Source: an uncultured delta proteobacterium (lineage in GTDB: Bacteria > Desulfobacterota > Binatia > UBA9968). Taken from it: 64,000 nucleotides of DNA. The stretch spans positions 960,001-1,024,000 of the forward strand of contig CAVYTU010000014.1 of assembly GCA_963771465.1 (NCBI GenBank). Direction: 5' to 3'. Position 1 is the stretch's first letter. Each line of letters starts with the position of its first letter. The translations under genes were made by a program, and so were the position numbers. The notes under the pieces were generated by a model that was not told where the DNA came from, ran no database searches, and was given only the letters and a program-made list of their open reading frames with translations. Positions 1 through 8,744 of this stretch are shown here, piece after piece.

Positions 1-726
1 TGGAAAGCGGATATTCTGGAGATGGCGAAAAAGGGAATCCTCCAAATACCGCCGCCGATGATCGACCCGCGCAATAAAAATGTGCTCGCGTCTTTCAGCT
101 ACTTTCAAGCGACCGCCTATAATTCCAAGCTGATTCCGGCCAATTTGGTTCCCAAAACACTGAACGACCTCCTGCGACCGGAACTCAAGGGGCGAAAATT
201 TGCCGTCGATATTCGACCCAAGGATGTCGCCGGACTTGTTCCTGCATGGGGCATGGAGAAAACTTTGGATTTCGCCCGTAAGATTGCCGCCCAGCAACCG
301 ATCTGGGTGCGCGGCGGATCGCGAATCATGATGTCCATTATTTCGGGCGATATCCCGATGATGATGGGCAATAACTATGGCAGCGTTCGGGAAGCGCAGC
401 GCAAAGATCCCGCTGGTGTGCTCCAGTATGCGATCCTTGAGCCCGTGCCCGTCAGGTTCGGCAACGCTCAGGCGATTTTAATGAGTGCGCGGCATCCTTA
501 CGCCGGTTTATTGTGGCTGGAATGGCTCGCATCCGCCGAAGCACAGAAAATCATCGACGACACTGAGCCCTATAGTTCTTCCGTTTACGTGCGCGGTGGT
601 GTGGTGGAACAAGAACTGAGGGGCAAGAGCTTGTCTGTTGTTGATTGGGAACACTATCCGCAAATGGAAGACTGGCAGGCAAAAATCGTGGCGGCGTATG
701 GTTTGCCTAAAGCCGAGACAAAATGA
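1..726 (+). CDS. Extracellular solute-binding protein (Fe3+/thiamine-like ABC SBP), 5' truncated by window edge
   Basis: Frame is open from base 1. Motifs AYNSKLI..PKTLNDLL.P..KG and A.HP.AGLLWLEWLAS.EAQ are shared with the other SBPs in the window. Confidence 0.85.
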   Translation, partial: WKADILEMAKKGILQIPPPMIDPRNKNVLASFSYFQATAYNSKLIPANLVPKTLNDLLRPELKGRKFAVDIRPKDVAGLVPAWGMEKTLDFARKIAAQQPIWVRGGSRIMMSIISGDIPMMMGNNYGSVREAQRKDPAGVLQYAILEPVPVRFGNAQAILMSARHPYAGLLWLEWLASAEAQKIIDDTEPYSSSVYVRGGVVEQELRGKSLSVVDWEHYPQMEDWQAKIVAAYGLPKAETK

Positions 727-774
727 TCGCGCAGTTTTACCAGGAGCGGCAGGTCGAGAGGAGCTTACATTCAC

Positions 775-1728
775 ATGTCTGAAGAAAAACCGACTACGCG
801 GCTCAGAAAGCTGCTCAGCAGGAAAGATCGAGTGCTCGTCATGCTTCACCCTCCCACTGCCGCGCATGCGCGGATCATGGCAGCCGGCGGCGTCGAAGCA
901 TTGTTCGTCGGGACCGGCGCCGTGGTCGGGCCATACACTGGTCTAGCGGATGTGGGAGTGGCGAGCATGACCGAATGTGTAACCATCGCCGGGTGGATCG
1001 CGCGTAGTGTTGCGATCCCCGTCATGCTCGATGGCGATACGGGTCATGGTGGAATCATGGCCGTGCGGCGCCTGGTGGCCGAGTGCATCAGGGCCGGGAT
1101 TGCCGGACTGCGTCTTGACGACCAACCGGGTGAAACCAAGCGGGGAACACAAACTGCCGGAATCGAAGTAGCACCGCTTGAAGTTGTCCTAGCCCGTTAT
1201 CGGGCGGCAGTGGACATGAGGGACGAACTTGATCCTGATTTTGTGATCATGGCGCAGAGCTACGCGCGCGATGCGGCGAATGGCGGATTCGAAGAATTTT
1301 TGCGGCGCAGCAAAGCTTACAAAGAAGTGGCCAAAGTGGATTGGGTTCAATTCGAATCGCCCCACTCGATCGAGGAGATTCGCCAGGCGCGCGCGGCCGT
1401 GGCGGGAACTTTTTCGGCCCAGAAAGGAAAGCTCCCGCGCATTCTATCTCTCAAAGAGCATCTCGAATTGGGGCTCAATGTAGCCTGGTATTCCGGTCTT
1501 GCAACCGCGGTCACGTATGTGGCGCTGTGGGATTTTCTGCAAGATTTTCAAAAACGCGAGCTCGCAGCCTGGGAAGATTTCTGCGTGGCACACAAAGATA
1601 ATCCGTATCTGCGTGGTGGTGGCCGAGCGCCAATTCCGGAAGGGCGCGAAAAACAACGCGAGCTAGAGGAACGCTATTACCCGAACGAGATGCTTCAGAA
1701 ATACCGCGGCCCTTCCGAGAAAGGCTAA
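775..1728 (+). CDS. Isocitrate lyase/PEP mutase superfamily protein
   Basis: GLADVG and PVMLDGDTGHGG motifs; length 317 aa; RBS GAGGAG upstream. Confidence 0.85.
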   Translation: MSEEKPTTRLRKLLSRKDRVLVMLHPPTAAHARIMAAGGVEALFVGTGAVVGPYTGLADVGVASMTECVTIAGWIARSVAIPVMLDGDTGHGGIMAVRRLVAECIRAGIAGLRLDDQPGETKRGTQTAGIEVAPLEVVLARYRAAVDMRDELDPDFVIMAQSYARDAANGGFEEFLRRSKAYKEVAKVDWVQFESPHSIEEIRQARAAVAGTFSAQKGKLPRILSLKEHLELGLNVAWYSGLATAVTYVALWDFLQDFQKRELAAWEDFCVAHKDNPYLRGGGRAPIPEGREKQRELEERYYPNEMLQKYRGPSEKG

Positions 1729-1877
1729 TCTGCTGCAAGGTTTGAACGGACACTGGACCCGATCCGGTGGATTGAACCGCTTGAACAGTTCAGTATTGTT
1801 GTCTGTCTACTCTCGACTAGGCAAGCGGAAGCAGACGATGTTCCAGGGCTAAGAGCGTGTTCGCGTTTGGCAGTTCG

Positions 1878-2010
1878 CCCGGGATTTGACGGACACCAAA
1901 CAAGGGCTTAAAAAGTTCGGGAGATGCGTTCGACAAGAAAGCAGAAGCAATTTAGCGCTGAGTTTAAACGAGTAGCCGTGCGACTTGCGGAAAGTTTCTC
2001 GGAGGGGTGA
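1878..2010 (+). mobile_element. IS3-family remnant (left-IR-like sequence plus truncated OrfA N-terminus)
   Basis: gggatttgacggacacc resembles an IS3 IRL. ORF 1924-2010 MRSTRKQKQFSAEFKRVAVRLAE matches the OrfA start motif (F/YS.EFK..AV.L). Confidence 0.6.
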
Positions 2011-2012
2011 AA

Positions 2013-2180
2013 ATGGAAGAGGGTGTCACGATTGCCAAGGTGCCGGATTGGATGAAGCTCAAGCCCGAGATGATGCCGCATCTGATCAGGGAGCACGAGA
2101 AACTTGGGCGCACCCTGACCGAGGAAGAGACAGTCACGTTGCTCCGCAGCTTGGGATTCGAAATCAGTGAGCCGAAGTGA
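2013..2180 (+). CDS. Small hypothetical protein (55 aa, MEEGVTIAKVPDWMKLKPEMMPHLIREHEKLGRTLTEEETVTLLRSLGFEISEPK)
   Basis: Strong RBS GGAGGGG 5 nt upstream; read manually because it is below the ORF-track cutoff. Confidence 0.5.
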   Translation: MEEGVTIAKVPDWMKLKPEMMPHLIREHEKLGRTLTEEETVTLLRSLGFEISEPK

Positions 2181-2202
2181 TGAGGAACAACAAGTCGGCT
2201 CT

Positions 2203-2228
2203 GGGGTCAGGTCTGCAATCACACATTC
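2203..2228 (+). repeat. GGGGTCA-type short junction motif (REP-like), copy 1
   Basis: ggggtcaggtctgcaatcacacatt; related motifs at 2971, 4039, 4227/4278-4301, 9356 and 21754. Confidence 0.5.
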
Positions 2229-2289
2229 CCGCTTCGCTCCTCCATCCGTTCGAGGCGTCGTCTCACCGTCGGATGCGCCGCGATCTCCG

Positions 2290-2955
2290 CTATGAGTCAA
2301 AGTCCAGTCCGCTGAACTTCCCGTCCGCGTATTCGCACGACCAGTAGACGTCTACATCCGGTCCATCGAAGTCAACCAGGACAGGTTGCCGTGATCGCAG
2401 CTTGATCGAAGCGAGGCGCAGTGCGCTGACGTCGGCGCCCAATTCGGGATCCTCGGACGCCCACTCCTTCGCCGTCAGCGCGAGATAGTCGTTTAACCGG
2501 CGCTCGAAGGTATCGAAATCCGCCACTAGCTCGCGAGCACGGGCGACGAGTGCCGGATTGGGCTCCTGCTTTCCGTCGATGAGGATTTCCACCGTCCGGT
2601 CCCGCACCCTGAAGTCGCCCTCCCAAGCCTCCGCCTCGACGTTGCGAATCAGCGTGCCGAGCTGCGGATCCCTCCGCACGTGACCGCGCGCTCTGCTCAT
2701 GATCAGGTGAGCGCGGGGGGACACTTTCGTCCAGATGACCGAGATCACAAACGCACTCATGACACCGACAAACATCAGGCCGACGCCGATGACGAGCCAC
2801 CTCAGGATCCAGTATGAAATGCGCGTGCCGGCGTAAATCAGGAGCAGCCCAATGGCCGCGCCGATGAGCGCGTCGCGGACTGTGGGTTGAACCTCGTCGT
2901 GATCGTCCGTCGGAGGCGGATCGGCAGCCAAGCGGCTTGAATCTTCGATAGACAT
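2290..2955 (-). CDS. Hypothetical membrane protein (two N-terminal TM helices, soluble C-terminal domain)
   Basis: 221 aa ORF with hydrophobic segments at about aa 30-75; family not recognised. Confidence 0.7.
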   Translation of the reverse strand: MSIEDSSRLAADPPPTDDHDEVQPTVRDALIGAAIGLLLIYAGTRISYWILRWLVIGVGLMFVGVMSAFVISVIWTKVSPRAHLIMSRARGHVRRDPQLGTLIRNVEAEAWEGDFRVRDRTVEILIDGKQEPNPALVARARELVADFDTFERRLNDYLALTAKEWASEDPELGADVSALRLASIKLRSRQPVLVDFDGPDVDVYWSCEYADGKFSGLDFDS

Positions 2956-2970
2956 GTAGAGAGACTGCGA

Positions 2971-2995
2971 GGGTCAGGCATGAGTAATTGACTTA
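2971..2995 (+). repeat. GGGTCA-N12-TGAC junction motif, copy 2
   Basis: gggtcaggcatgagtaattgactt. Confidence 0.45.
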
Positions 2996-3032
2996 TTTTC
3001 TTCGAAGCAGAGCTAGGAAAAACAGTTGCGCG

Positions 3033-3224
3033 CTACTGCCGATTCTTGGGTTGGGAAGAAGCGGAACTCTCGGCTTCCATCTTGGCGAGCACGCGGTTCA
3101 GGGCGGCGATCTGAGGGATGATCTTTTTGTCTTTGGTGCCTTGAAACCGAAGCGCCAACTCATCCACGCGCCATTCGATCTGGGCGCGGGTAAACTTCTT
3201 CGGCAGTATGAACTGGATCGGCAT
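3033..3224 (-). CDS. Small hypothetical protein (63 aa, MPIQFILPKKFTRAQIEWRVDELA...), probably leaderless
   Basis: TTGACC-N18-TATACA-N6-ATG on the minus strand places the start at 3224. Confidence 0.55.
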   Translation of the reverse strand: MPIQFILPKKFTRAQIEWRVDELALRFQGTKDKKIIPQIAALNRVLAKMEAESSASSQPKNRQ

Positions 3225-3281
3225 CGGCGCTGTATATCGCAGCATCGAGCCGAAGGTCAAGCACGATCGACGCGGCCGCCT

Positions 3282-3333
3282 AGGCCAAGCAGTGCGCGGC
3301 GCGGGGATCGCGAGTAAGAAGTTGTGGAGTCGA
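3282..3333 (+). pseudogene. Degenerate 3'-end fragment of a cobalamin-independent methionine synthase II-family gene
   Basis: Translates GAGIASKKLWS; nucleotide match to the inverted copy at 7559-7620. Confidence 0.45.
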
Positions 3334-3386
3334 ATCCAGAAGTGTCTGTCCGGAATGAACGAAAATAAACAAGCCGCTTTGGGTGG

Positions 3387-3480
3387 CTGCGAACGCCGAC
3401 GTTCACCCGGCGACGCAACGGCGCTGGATCACCGACGAGCCTATGGGTGCGCCGCGTCCGGCGCAATTGCAAGTCGGCAG
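3387..3480 (-). other. Degenerate integron attC-like site
   Basis: Minus strand reads ctgccgac-ttgcaattgcgccggacgcggc...gcgtcgccgggtgaacgtcggc-GTTcgcag. It is an imperfect inverted repeat immediately downstream of the SMI1/KNR4 stop. Confidence 0.5.
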
Positions 3481-3484
3481 CGAT

Positions 3485-3985
3485 TCAGGGCAATCGGGTC
3501 TTTGCTTCGGCAAAGAATGCCGACAACGTAGGCGCGATTTCGACCATCCCATCTGCAAGAATGAGATCTGCGTTTATCCCGATGTCATGATAGATCTGGA
3601 TGAGCGGCGGATCGTCGCTCGCCCTTGTGTTGAGGAAGTACTGGTCACCCGATCCGTGTGCGCAACCGCCAACGCAGAGGTAGCCGTGCCGCAGCACCGC
3701 AGTTCCCGGATACAGCTCGAGTGATTCCGTATGGATCGAGTCAGGCCCCAGCCATAAGAGCCAACTGATTTCGTCGCCTTCGGACGACTCCGGCACGACG
3801 ATGCCGAGTTCGAGGCCAATCAGAGGTACCGTGGCAAGAAGGTCACGGTACCAATCTGGCAGATGGGCGCCAAGGTCACGGCCAAGTCGATCAAGGTCGT
3901 CTGCAGCCGCGAGTCTGCCGGCCTGGCCGTCCCGTTCGGCGCGCTCTACAAGTTCCCGTGCTGCAGCGAGGACTTTCAGATTCAT
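3485..3985 (-). CDS. SMI1/KNR4 (SUKH) family protein, probable polymorphic-toxin immunity protein
   Basis: LG..LP.WY.DLL, GSGDQYFL, DPPLIQIYHD and IAPTLSAFF motifs. Confidence 0.8.
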   Translation of the reverse strand: MNLKVLAAARELVERAERDGQAGRLAAADDLDRLGRDLGAHLPDWYRDLLATVPLIGLELGIVVPESSEGDEISWLLWLGPDSIHTESLELYPGTAVLRHGYLCVGGCAHGSGDQYFLNTRASDDPPLIQIYHDIGINADLILADGMVEIAPTLSAFFAEAKTRLP

Positions 3986-4038
3986 CGAGTTCGAGCCTTC
4001 AACGTGCTGTTGTCCACGAAGCTACGTCGCGGGCACCA

Positions 4039-4065
4039 GGGTCAAATATACAATCAATACAATTT
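4039..4065 (+). repeat. GGGTCA junction motif, copy 3
   Basis: gggtcaaatatacaatcaatacaatt at the start of an AT-rich patch. Confidence 0.35.
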
Positions 4066-4226
4066 GCACTGCTTGCATGTAGTTTGGCCAGTAGCAGTAG
4101 TTCCAATAGCGAAAGCATCGGCACTTCGCTTCACGCTCTCTAATCCTCGACGTACTTTGTGACTCCTCACCGTCCTGCCGTGAAGAGATTGCCGGCGCTA
4201 TCGATGGCAACGTCGCAGAAGCGTGA

Positions 4227-4301
4227 GGGTCAAACTTTTGATGTTCGGAGAAGGATCGATTGAGGCGAAGCCGTAGATGTCAAAACTTAAGTTTCAACCC
4301 C
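4227..4301. repeat. Inverted pair of GGGTCA motifs (REPIN-like)
   Basis: gggtcaaacttttgatg ... tgtcaaaacttaagtttcaacccc form a degenerate inverted repeat. Confidence 0.5.
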
Positions 4302-4331
4302 GTGCTCCGCCGTTCTCCGCCCGTGCGAGGA

Positions 4332-5357
4332 TTACGCGGCGACTGTTTCGCGCGGCGCGACCTTTGCGCGCCGCGATATCATCGCTGCGGCATTGTCGTG
4401 CAAGATCTTTGCGCGCGCGTCCTCGCCGATCTGCGCTTCCGCGAGCGCCTTGCTGGTCCACTCGCAGCCGAATTCGGTTCCGTCGGTGCCGCACACGATG
4501 CGCTCGGCGCCGTACAACCGTACCGCGGCCTCGATCGCACCCGGGCCGAACGAGTTGCAATCCACGTACACCTTGGCGCGGCGGAAGCGCGACGAAGGCA
4601 GTTCCTCTTTCGCTGAATCCAGCAGGCTGCGGTGATCCATGCGCTCGATCTCGTACGGAATATTGCCGCCGAGATTGTGAACCAGGACCATCGCATCGGG
4701 GTACGGCGCGAGGTAGTCGGTGAGACACAGCGTCACCATCACCGAGGACAGGCTCGCCTGCATGTCGAGCGTGCCGTTGCGGCGGCGCGCGTTGTCGGTG
4801 TCGCCGGCAACCTTGGGAAACGCGTCGCCAGGCCGCGGACCGTGGTGAATGAAGACGATCGCACGGTGCCGGTTCGCCACCTCCAACAGCGGGCGCATGT
4901 TCTCGGCGTCCTTCTTCGTGAGAAACCCGTTTCCCGGCACTTGCGCGCCGATCACGCCCGGCAGCGCCAGCGCGCGCTCAAACTCGGCGGCGGCAGCAGA
5001 CATATCCACCAGCGGCAGCGCGGCAAACACACTGAAGCGCCCCTCGTATTGCTGGCACATCCGTGACAGTGCATCGTTGACCATCCTGCACAGCGGCAGC
5101 GAAACCTCGACCGGCTGCGACTCAATCCAGCAGAACGCACCGAGCAGCGACAACACACTGGTGCTCACGCCCTGACGATCCATCCTGGCGAGATGGAATT
5201 CCACGTCATCAAACGCCGCGGACAGCGGCTCCTCGCCGATCCGGCTCTTCAGCATTTCTACGCCGTCCTGATTGCGCACGATGCGCGGTTCCTTGGTGCG
5301 GGCGCGCAGGGCGTCGATCAGCTCGGCGGGCCGCCAATGGGCATGCATGTCGATCAT
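4332..5357 (-). CDS. Amidohydrolase family protein (Amidohydro_2, ACMSD/decarboxylase-like)
   Basis: N-terminal IDMHAH, FIHHG, VHNLGG.IPY and GTD motifs. Confidence 0.88.
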   Translation of the reverse strand: MIDMHAHWRPAELIDALRARTKEPRIVRNQDGVEMLKSRIGEEPLSAAFDDVEFHLARMDRQGVSTSVLSLLGAFCWIESQPVEVSLPLCRMVNDALSRMCQQYEGRFSVFAALPLVDMSAAAAEFERALALPGVIGAQVPGNGFLTKKDAENMRPLLEVANRHRAIVFIHHGPRPGDAFPKVAGDTDNARRRNGTLDMQASLSSVMVTLCLTDYLAPYPDAMVLVHNLGGNIPYEIERMDHRSLLDSAKEELPSSRFRRAKVYVDCNSFGPGAIEAAVRLYGAERIVCGTDGTEFGCEWTSKALAEAQIGEDARAKILHDNAAAMISRRAKVAPRETVAA

Positions 5358-5498
5358 GTCTGTCTCCTTGGTTTATCGTCCAACAGATTAACCCCGAAAG
5401 TCCCAGTGTGCGCGAGATTGTTTGCCAACTATCCCGCAATTTATTTCAACCGCCACAGCGAAGCAAGCGCTTTGCCGCACCCCTGCTGCTACTTCAAC

Positions 5499-5591
5499 GG
5501 CCCTTTCGTTAACACCTACGCCGAAATTCACCAGGCGTTGGAAAATTTCCGCGCTGGTCGGTTCTGGATTCCGGTTTCTATGAGTGCGTGA
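5499..5591 (+). pseudogene. Pirin-family C-terminal remnant
   Basis: GPFVNTYAEIHQALENFRAGRF matches the pirin C-terminus GPFVMNT.EEI.QA..DF..G.F; the rest of the gene is absent. Confidence 0.55.
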
Positions 5592-5636
5592 GAAGGACGG
5601 TTGCCACCAGCGGAACAACCGCCCCTTCCGTGTCAT

Positions 5637-7322
5637 CTATGTAGTCATCACGTCGATGATCGCCGGCTTGCCGCTTTGGTTGGCTTCGAGGCCGCGCTTG
5701 AGCGCATCCTGAAGCTTTTCCGGATCCGTCACCGTCTCGCCGTAACCGCCCACGGATTCAGCGACCTTCACGAAGTCGGGCGCATTGATGTGGGTGCCGT
5801 GGTAGAGATCGATTTCCGCCGCGATCCCGTCCGGGTACATCTTCTGGTGCATGCCCTGCATCGCGGCGTATTTTTTGTTGTTGAAGATGACCGCCATGAT
5901 CGGCAGCGTGTAATCGCGCGCCGCGCCGAGGCTGCCGAGCGACGGATTGTAGAGGAACGCGCCGTCGCCGATCAGCGTTACCACCTGCCGTTCCGGCTTC
6001 GCCAGCTTGATCCCGAGCGAAAGACCCAACCCCTGTCCGAGCCCGCCTTGGCGGGTGAACAGGCACTGCGGGTCGTTCCATACGAGGTGTTGGCGCAGCG
6101 TGGCGGTGTGCGTAGTAACTTCGTCGATATAGATCGTATCTTTGGGCATCACGGCGTTCAGCGACGCGCACAGCCATACCGGATCGATCGGTGACGTCTT
6201 GCGCGCCGCCGCCTGCGCCGCATTTCTTTTCTCGACGAGCGCATCGTGCGCCGCGGCGAGTTCCTTGCGTCTCGTTTCCACGGCAGCCTTATCGATTGTC
6301 GCGGTATCCGCCAGATCGCGCAGCGTCTGCGCCGCATTGCCTTCCAGGTACATGTCGGCCTGATGGCTTTGATAGACCATGGCCGAGTTGTGCGGCGCCT
6401 CGTCCACCATGGCGATCACGGCCTTGGGCGGACGGTTGCTCGGCGGATACCAGGGGACGCGCGTGCGGACGACGATCGCAAGGTCCATGTCGTTCCAGAA
6501 CGGTTTGATGTCGGTTCCCTGATAAAGCGGATGATCCTTGGGGAAGTTGGCGAACAGAGCGCCGGGCTTCTCAACCACCGGCAGAGCGAACTTCTCGCAC
6601 AGCGCCATCAGAGCCTCGTAGGTCGCGACCTCCTGGCCGGCGCCCTCGGTGAGCACGACCGGGTGCTTCGCCTTGGAGATCTGCGCGGCGAGCTTTTCAA
6701 TGTCTTCCGGCGCAGTCAGCATGCGCGGTGCGGGCGGAACCGTGCGTGGATTGGCCGGGGGTGTCCAGCCATCCATCAGCGTTTCCGTCGAAACGGACAG
6801 ATAAGTGGGTCCGGTCGGTTGCCGCTGCGCCAGCTCGCCGGCGCGGATGACGCTTTCATAAAGCGTGTAGGCGCTGCCAGCGACGGAGGCGTACTTGACG
6901 ATCGAATCGACCAGGTGGGTCGTGCCGCCGACGATGCTGAGGTTGTTAATCCACTGGGCGCCCGGATCGAACTCCGGTTGCTCGCCGTAGGTCATCGACT
7001 CGCCGGAGATCACCACCATCGGCACGCCGGAAACAAAGGCGCCGTGAATACCCATGGCACCTTGCAGCAGCCCGGAACCCGCATGCAGCAATACGCCCTG
7101 CATCCGACCAGTGGCTAGTGTGTAGCCCGCGGCCATGTCGACGGCCAGCGTTTCGTGCCACACATCCAGGAGCTTGGGACCGCTCTTGCGCCGGTGGATC
7201 TGGTCGGCCATGGCTTCCCAGACGGGCGCCCATTCGGTGCCCGGCGAGGACAAGATGTACTCAACTCCAAGCTTGTGAAACGCTTCGACTATAGCGTTGC
7301 CGCCGTCGAACTGTTTTTTCAT
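5637..7322 (-). CDS. Thiamine pyrophosphate-dependent enzyme (acetolactate synthase/benzoylformate decarboxylase-like)
   Basis: SPGTE, WHE (catalytic Glu) and GDGAFLYN...NN TPP-binding motif; 561 aa. Confidence 0.9.
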   Translation of the reverse strand: MKKQFDGGNAIVEAFHKLGVEYILSSPGTEWAPVWEAMADQIHRRKSGPKLLDVWHETLAVDMAAGYTLATGRMQGVLLHAGSGLLQGAMGIHGAFVSGVPMVVISGESMTYGEQPEFDPGAQWINNLSIVGGTTHLVDSIVKYASVAGSAYTLYESVIRAGELAQRQPTGPTYLSVSTETLMDGWTPPANPRTVPPAPRMLTAPEDIEKLAAQISKAKHPVVLTEGAGQEVATYEALMALCEKFALPVVEKPGALFANFPKDHPLYQGTDIKPFWNDMDLAIVVRTRVPWYPPSNRPPKAVIAMVDEAPHNSAMVYQSHQADMYLEGNAAQTLRDLADTATIDKAAVETRRKELAAAHDALVEKRNAAQAAARKTSPIDPVWLCASLNAVMPKDTIYIDEVTTHTATLRQHLVWNDPQCLFTRQGGLGQGLGLSLGIKLAKPERQVVTLIGDGAFLYNPSLGSLGAARDYTLPIMAVIFNNKKYAAMQGMHQKMYPDGIAAEIDLYHGTHINAPDFVKVAESVGGYGETVTDPEKLQDALKRGLEANQSGKPAIIDVMTT

Positions 7323-7558
7323 GTTGCTCCCCCCAACGGTTATATTGTCGTGTGTATTATCTCACGCCTGAACGCGCAAGCCCCCAAGGCGGGCTATCGA
7401 TATCTCTGGAATACCGCGATCGCGCCATCCTGCAGCGGCGAATCTTTACCTTTCAGATTGCTACAAGTGCTGGATCCAGGAGAAAAATAGCAGTCAGACT
7501 TTTACTCTTGGACTTTTTTGTTATTTATTTCGCTCAGCCGGCACGGGCACTTTTTAAT

Positions 7559-7678
7559 TCAACTCCACAACTTCTTCCGCGCGATCGCCGCGCCGTCGCG
7601 CAGCGCGCGCAGCTTGGCCCGCGAGATTTGCGGATGGACACGCCGCCTAGGCCGCTGTCGGTGCCGGCGATATGTTCC
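7559..7678 (-). pseudogene. 3'-end remnant of a cobalamin-independent methionine synthase II / epoxyalkane:CoM transferase-family gene
   Basis: With indels, translates IAGTDSGLGG-VHPQISRAKLRALRDGAAIARKKLWS*, the typical family C-terminus. Confidence 0.55.
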
Positions 7679-7695
7679 ATGAACTCTCATGCGTG

Positions 7696-7724
7696 TTGAC
7701 CCGTGCCTGGGATTACGTTTCAAT
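7696..7724 (+). promoter_or_regulatory. Sigma70-type promoter for a leaderless transcript
   Basis: TTGACC-N17-TTCAAT-N6-ATG(7731), with no RBS. Confidence 0.5.
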
Positions 7725-7730
7725 TTAGCC

Positions 7731-8744
7731 ATGAAGAAAAAGATTGCGCTGGTTTTGATCCTGCTATTCGCTGGATTGAACAGCTTTGCTCAGACGAACT
7801 CTACACCCGGCGCGCCGACTGCAGGTATCATCGCTGCCGCCAAAAAATTCCTCGCTACACTTGATGATGCCCAGCGCGGTAAAGTCGTCTTTGCTTTCAA
7901 AGACGAGACGCAGCGCAAGCGCTGGTCGAATCTTCCGACAGGAATCTTCAAACGCCAGGGCTTGCGCATGGGCGACCTCACAAAATCCCAGCGCGAGGCC
8001 GTGCTGGCGGTGCTGGCAGCAGCGTTGAGTCCGCAGGGCTACACTAAAATTCTACAGATCGTCGAGGCCGACGAGTTGTTGAGAAAATCGAGCGGCCAGA
8101 CAATGTTTGGCCGCGAGGAATATTATGTCTCTTTCCTCGGCCAGCCTTCCACCGCCGAGCCGTGGATGATTCAGTTTGGCGGGCATCATCTCGGCCTCAA
8201 CATCACGCTTGCCGGCGCGCAGCGCACGCTCGCCCCGAGCCATACCGGGGCGCAGCCGGCGATTTACGAACTCGAAGGCAAAACGATGAGCCCTCTCGGT
8301 CGCGAGACTGACAAGGCGTTTGCCCTGCTTAGTTCGCTGAACGAAGCGCAGCGCAAGCAGGCCATCCTTGATTTCCAGATGCGCGACCTTGTGCTCGGGC
8401 CCGGCCGCGACGGGCAGACGATTCAGCCGGAAGGAATCAAAGGCTCGGCCTTGAGCGAGAAGCAGCGTGAGATGCTGCTCGATCTCGCCGGCGAATGGAC
8501 CGGCATCCTGCACGAAGCTGTCGCGAAATCGAAAATGGACGAGATGAGAAAAAATATCGCCGAAACCTGGTTCGCGTGGAGCGGCCCCACTGAAAAAGGC
8601 AGCGCCGCTTACTTCCGCATCCAAGGGCCGACGGTAATCATCGAATACGCGCCGCAGCGCTTGGGCGGCGACGCGACAAAGCACATCCACACGATTTACC
8701 GCGATCCAACCAACGATTACGGAAAGAGATGGTGGACGCCGTGA
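7731..8744 (+). CDS. DUF3500 domain secreted protein
   Basis: Signal peptide MKKKIALVLILL; RWSNLP, QFGGHHLGLN, YFRIQGP.VIIEY and HIHTIYRDPTNDYG motifs. Confidence 0.88.
   Translation: MKKKIALVLILLFAGLNSFAQTNSTPGAPTAGIIAAAKKFLATLDDAQRGKVVFAFKDETQRKRWSNLPTGIFKRQGLRMGDLTKSQREAVLAVLAAALSPQGYTKILQIVEADELLRKSSGQTMFGREEYYVSFLGQPSTAEPWMIQFGGHHLGLNITLAGAQRTLAPSHTGAQPAIYELEGKTMSPLGRETDKAFALLSSLNEAQRKQAILDFQMRDLVLGPGRDGQTIQPEGIKGSALSEKQREMLLDLAGEWTGILHEAVAKSKMDEMRKNIAETWFAWSGPTEKGSAAYFRIQGPTVIIEYAPQRLGGDATKHIHTIYRDPTNDYGKRWWTP

Noticed and set aside
5193-5591. 132-aa plus-strand ORF
   Set aside because: Mostly antisense to the amidohydrolase; only the last codons are a pirin remnant.
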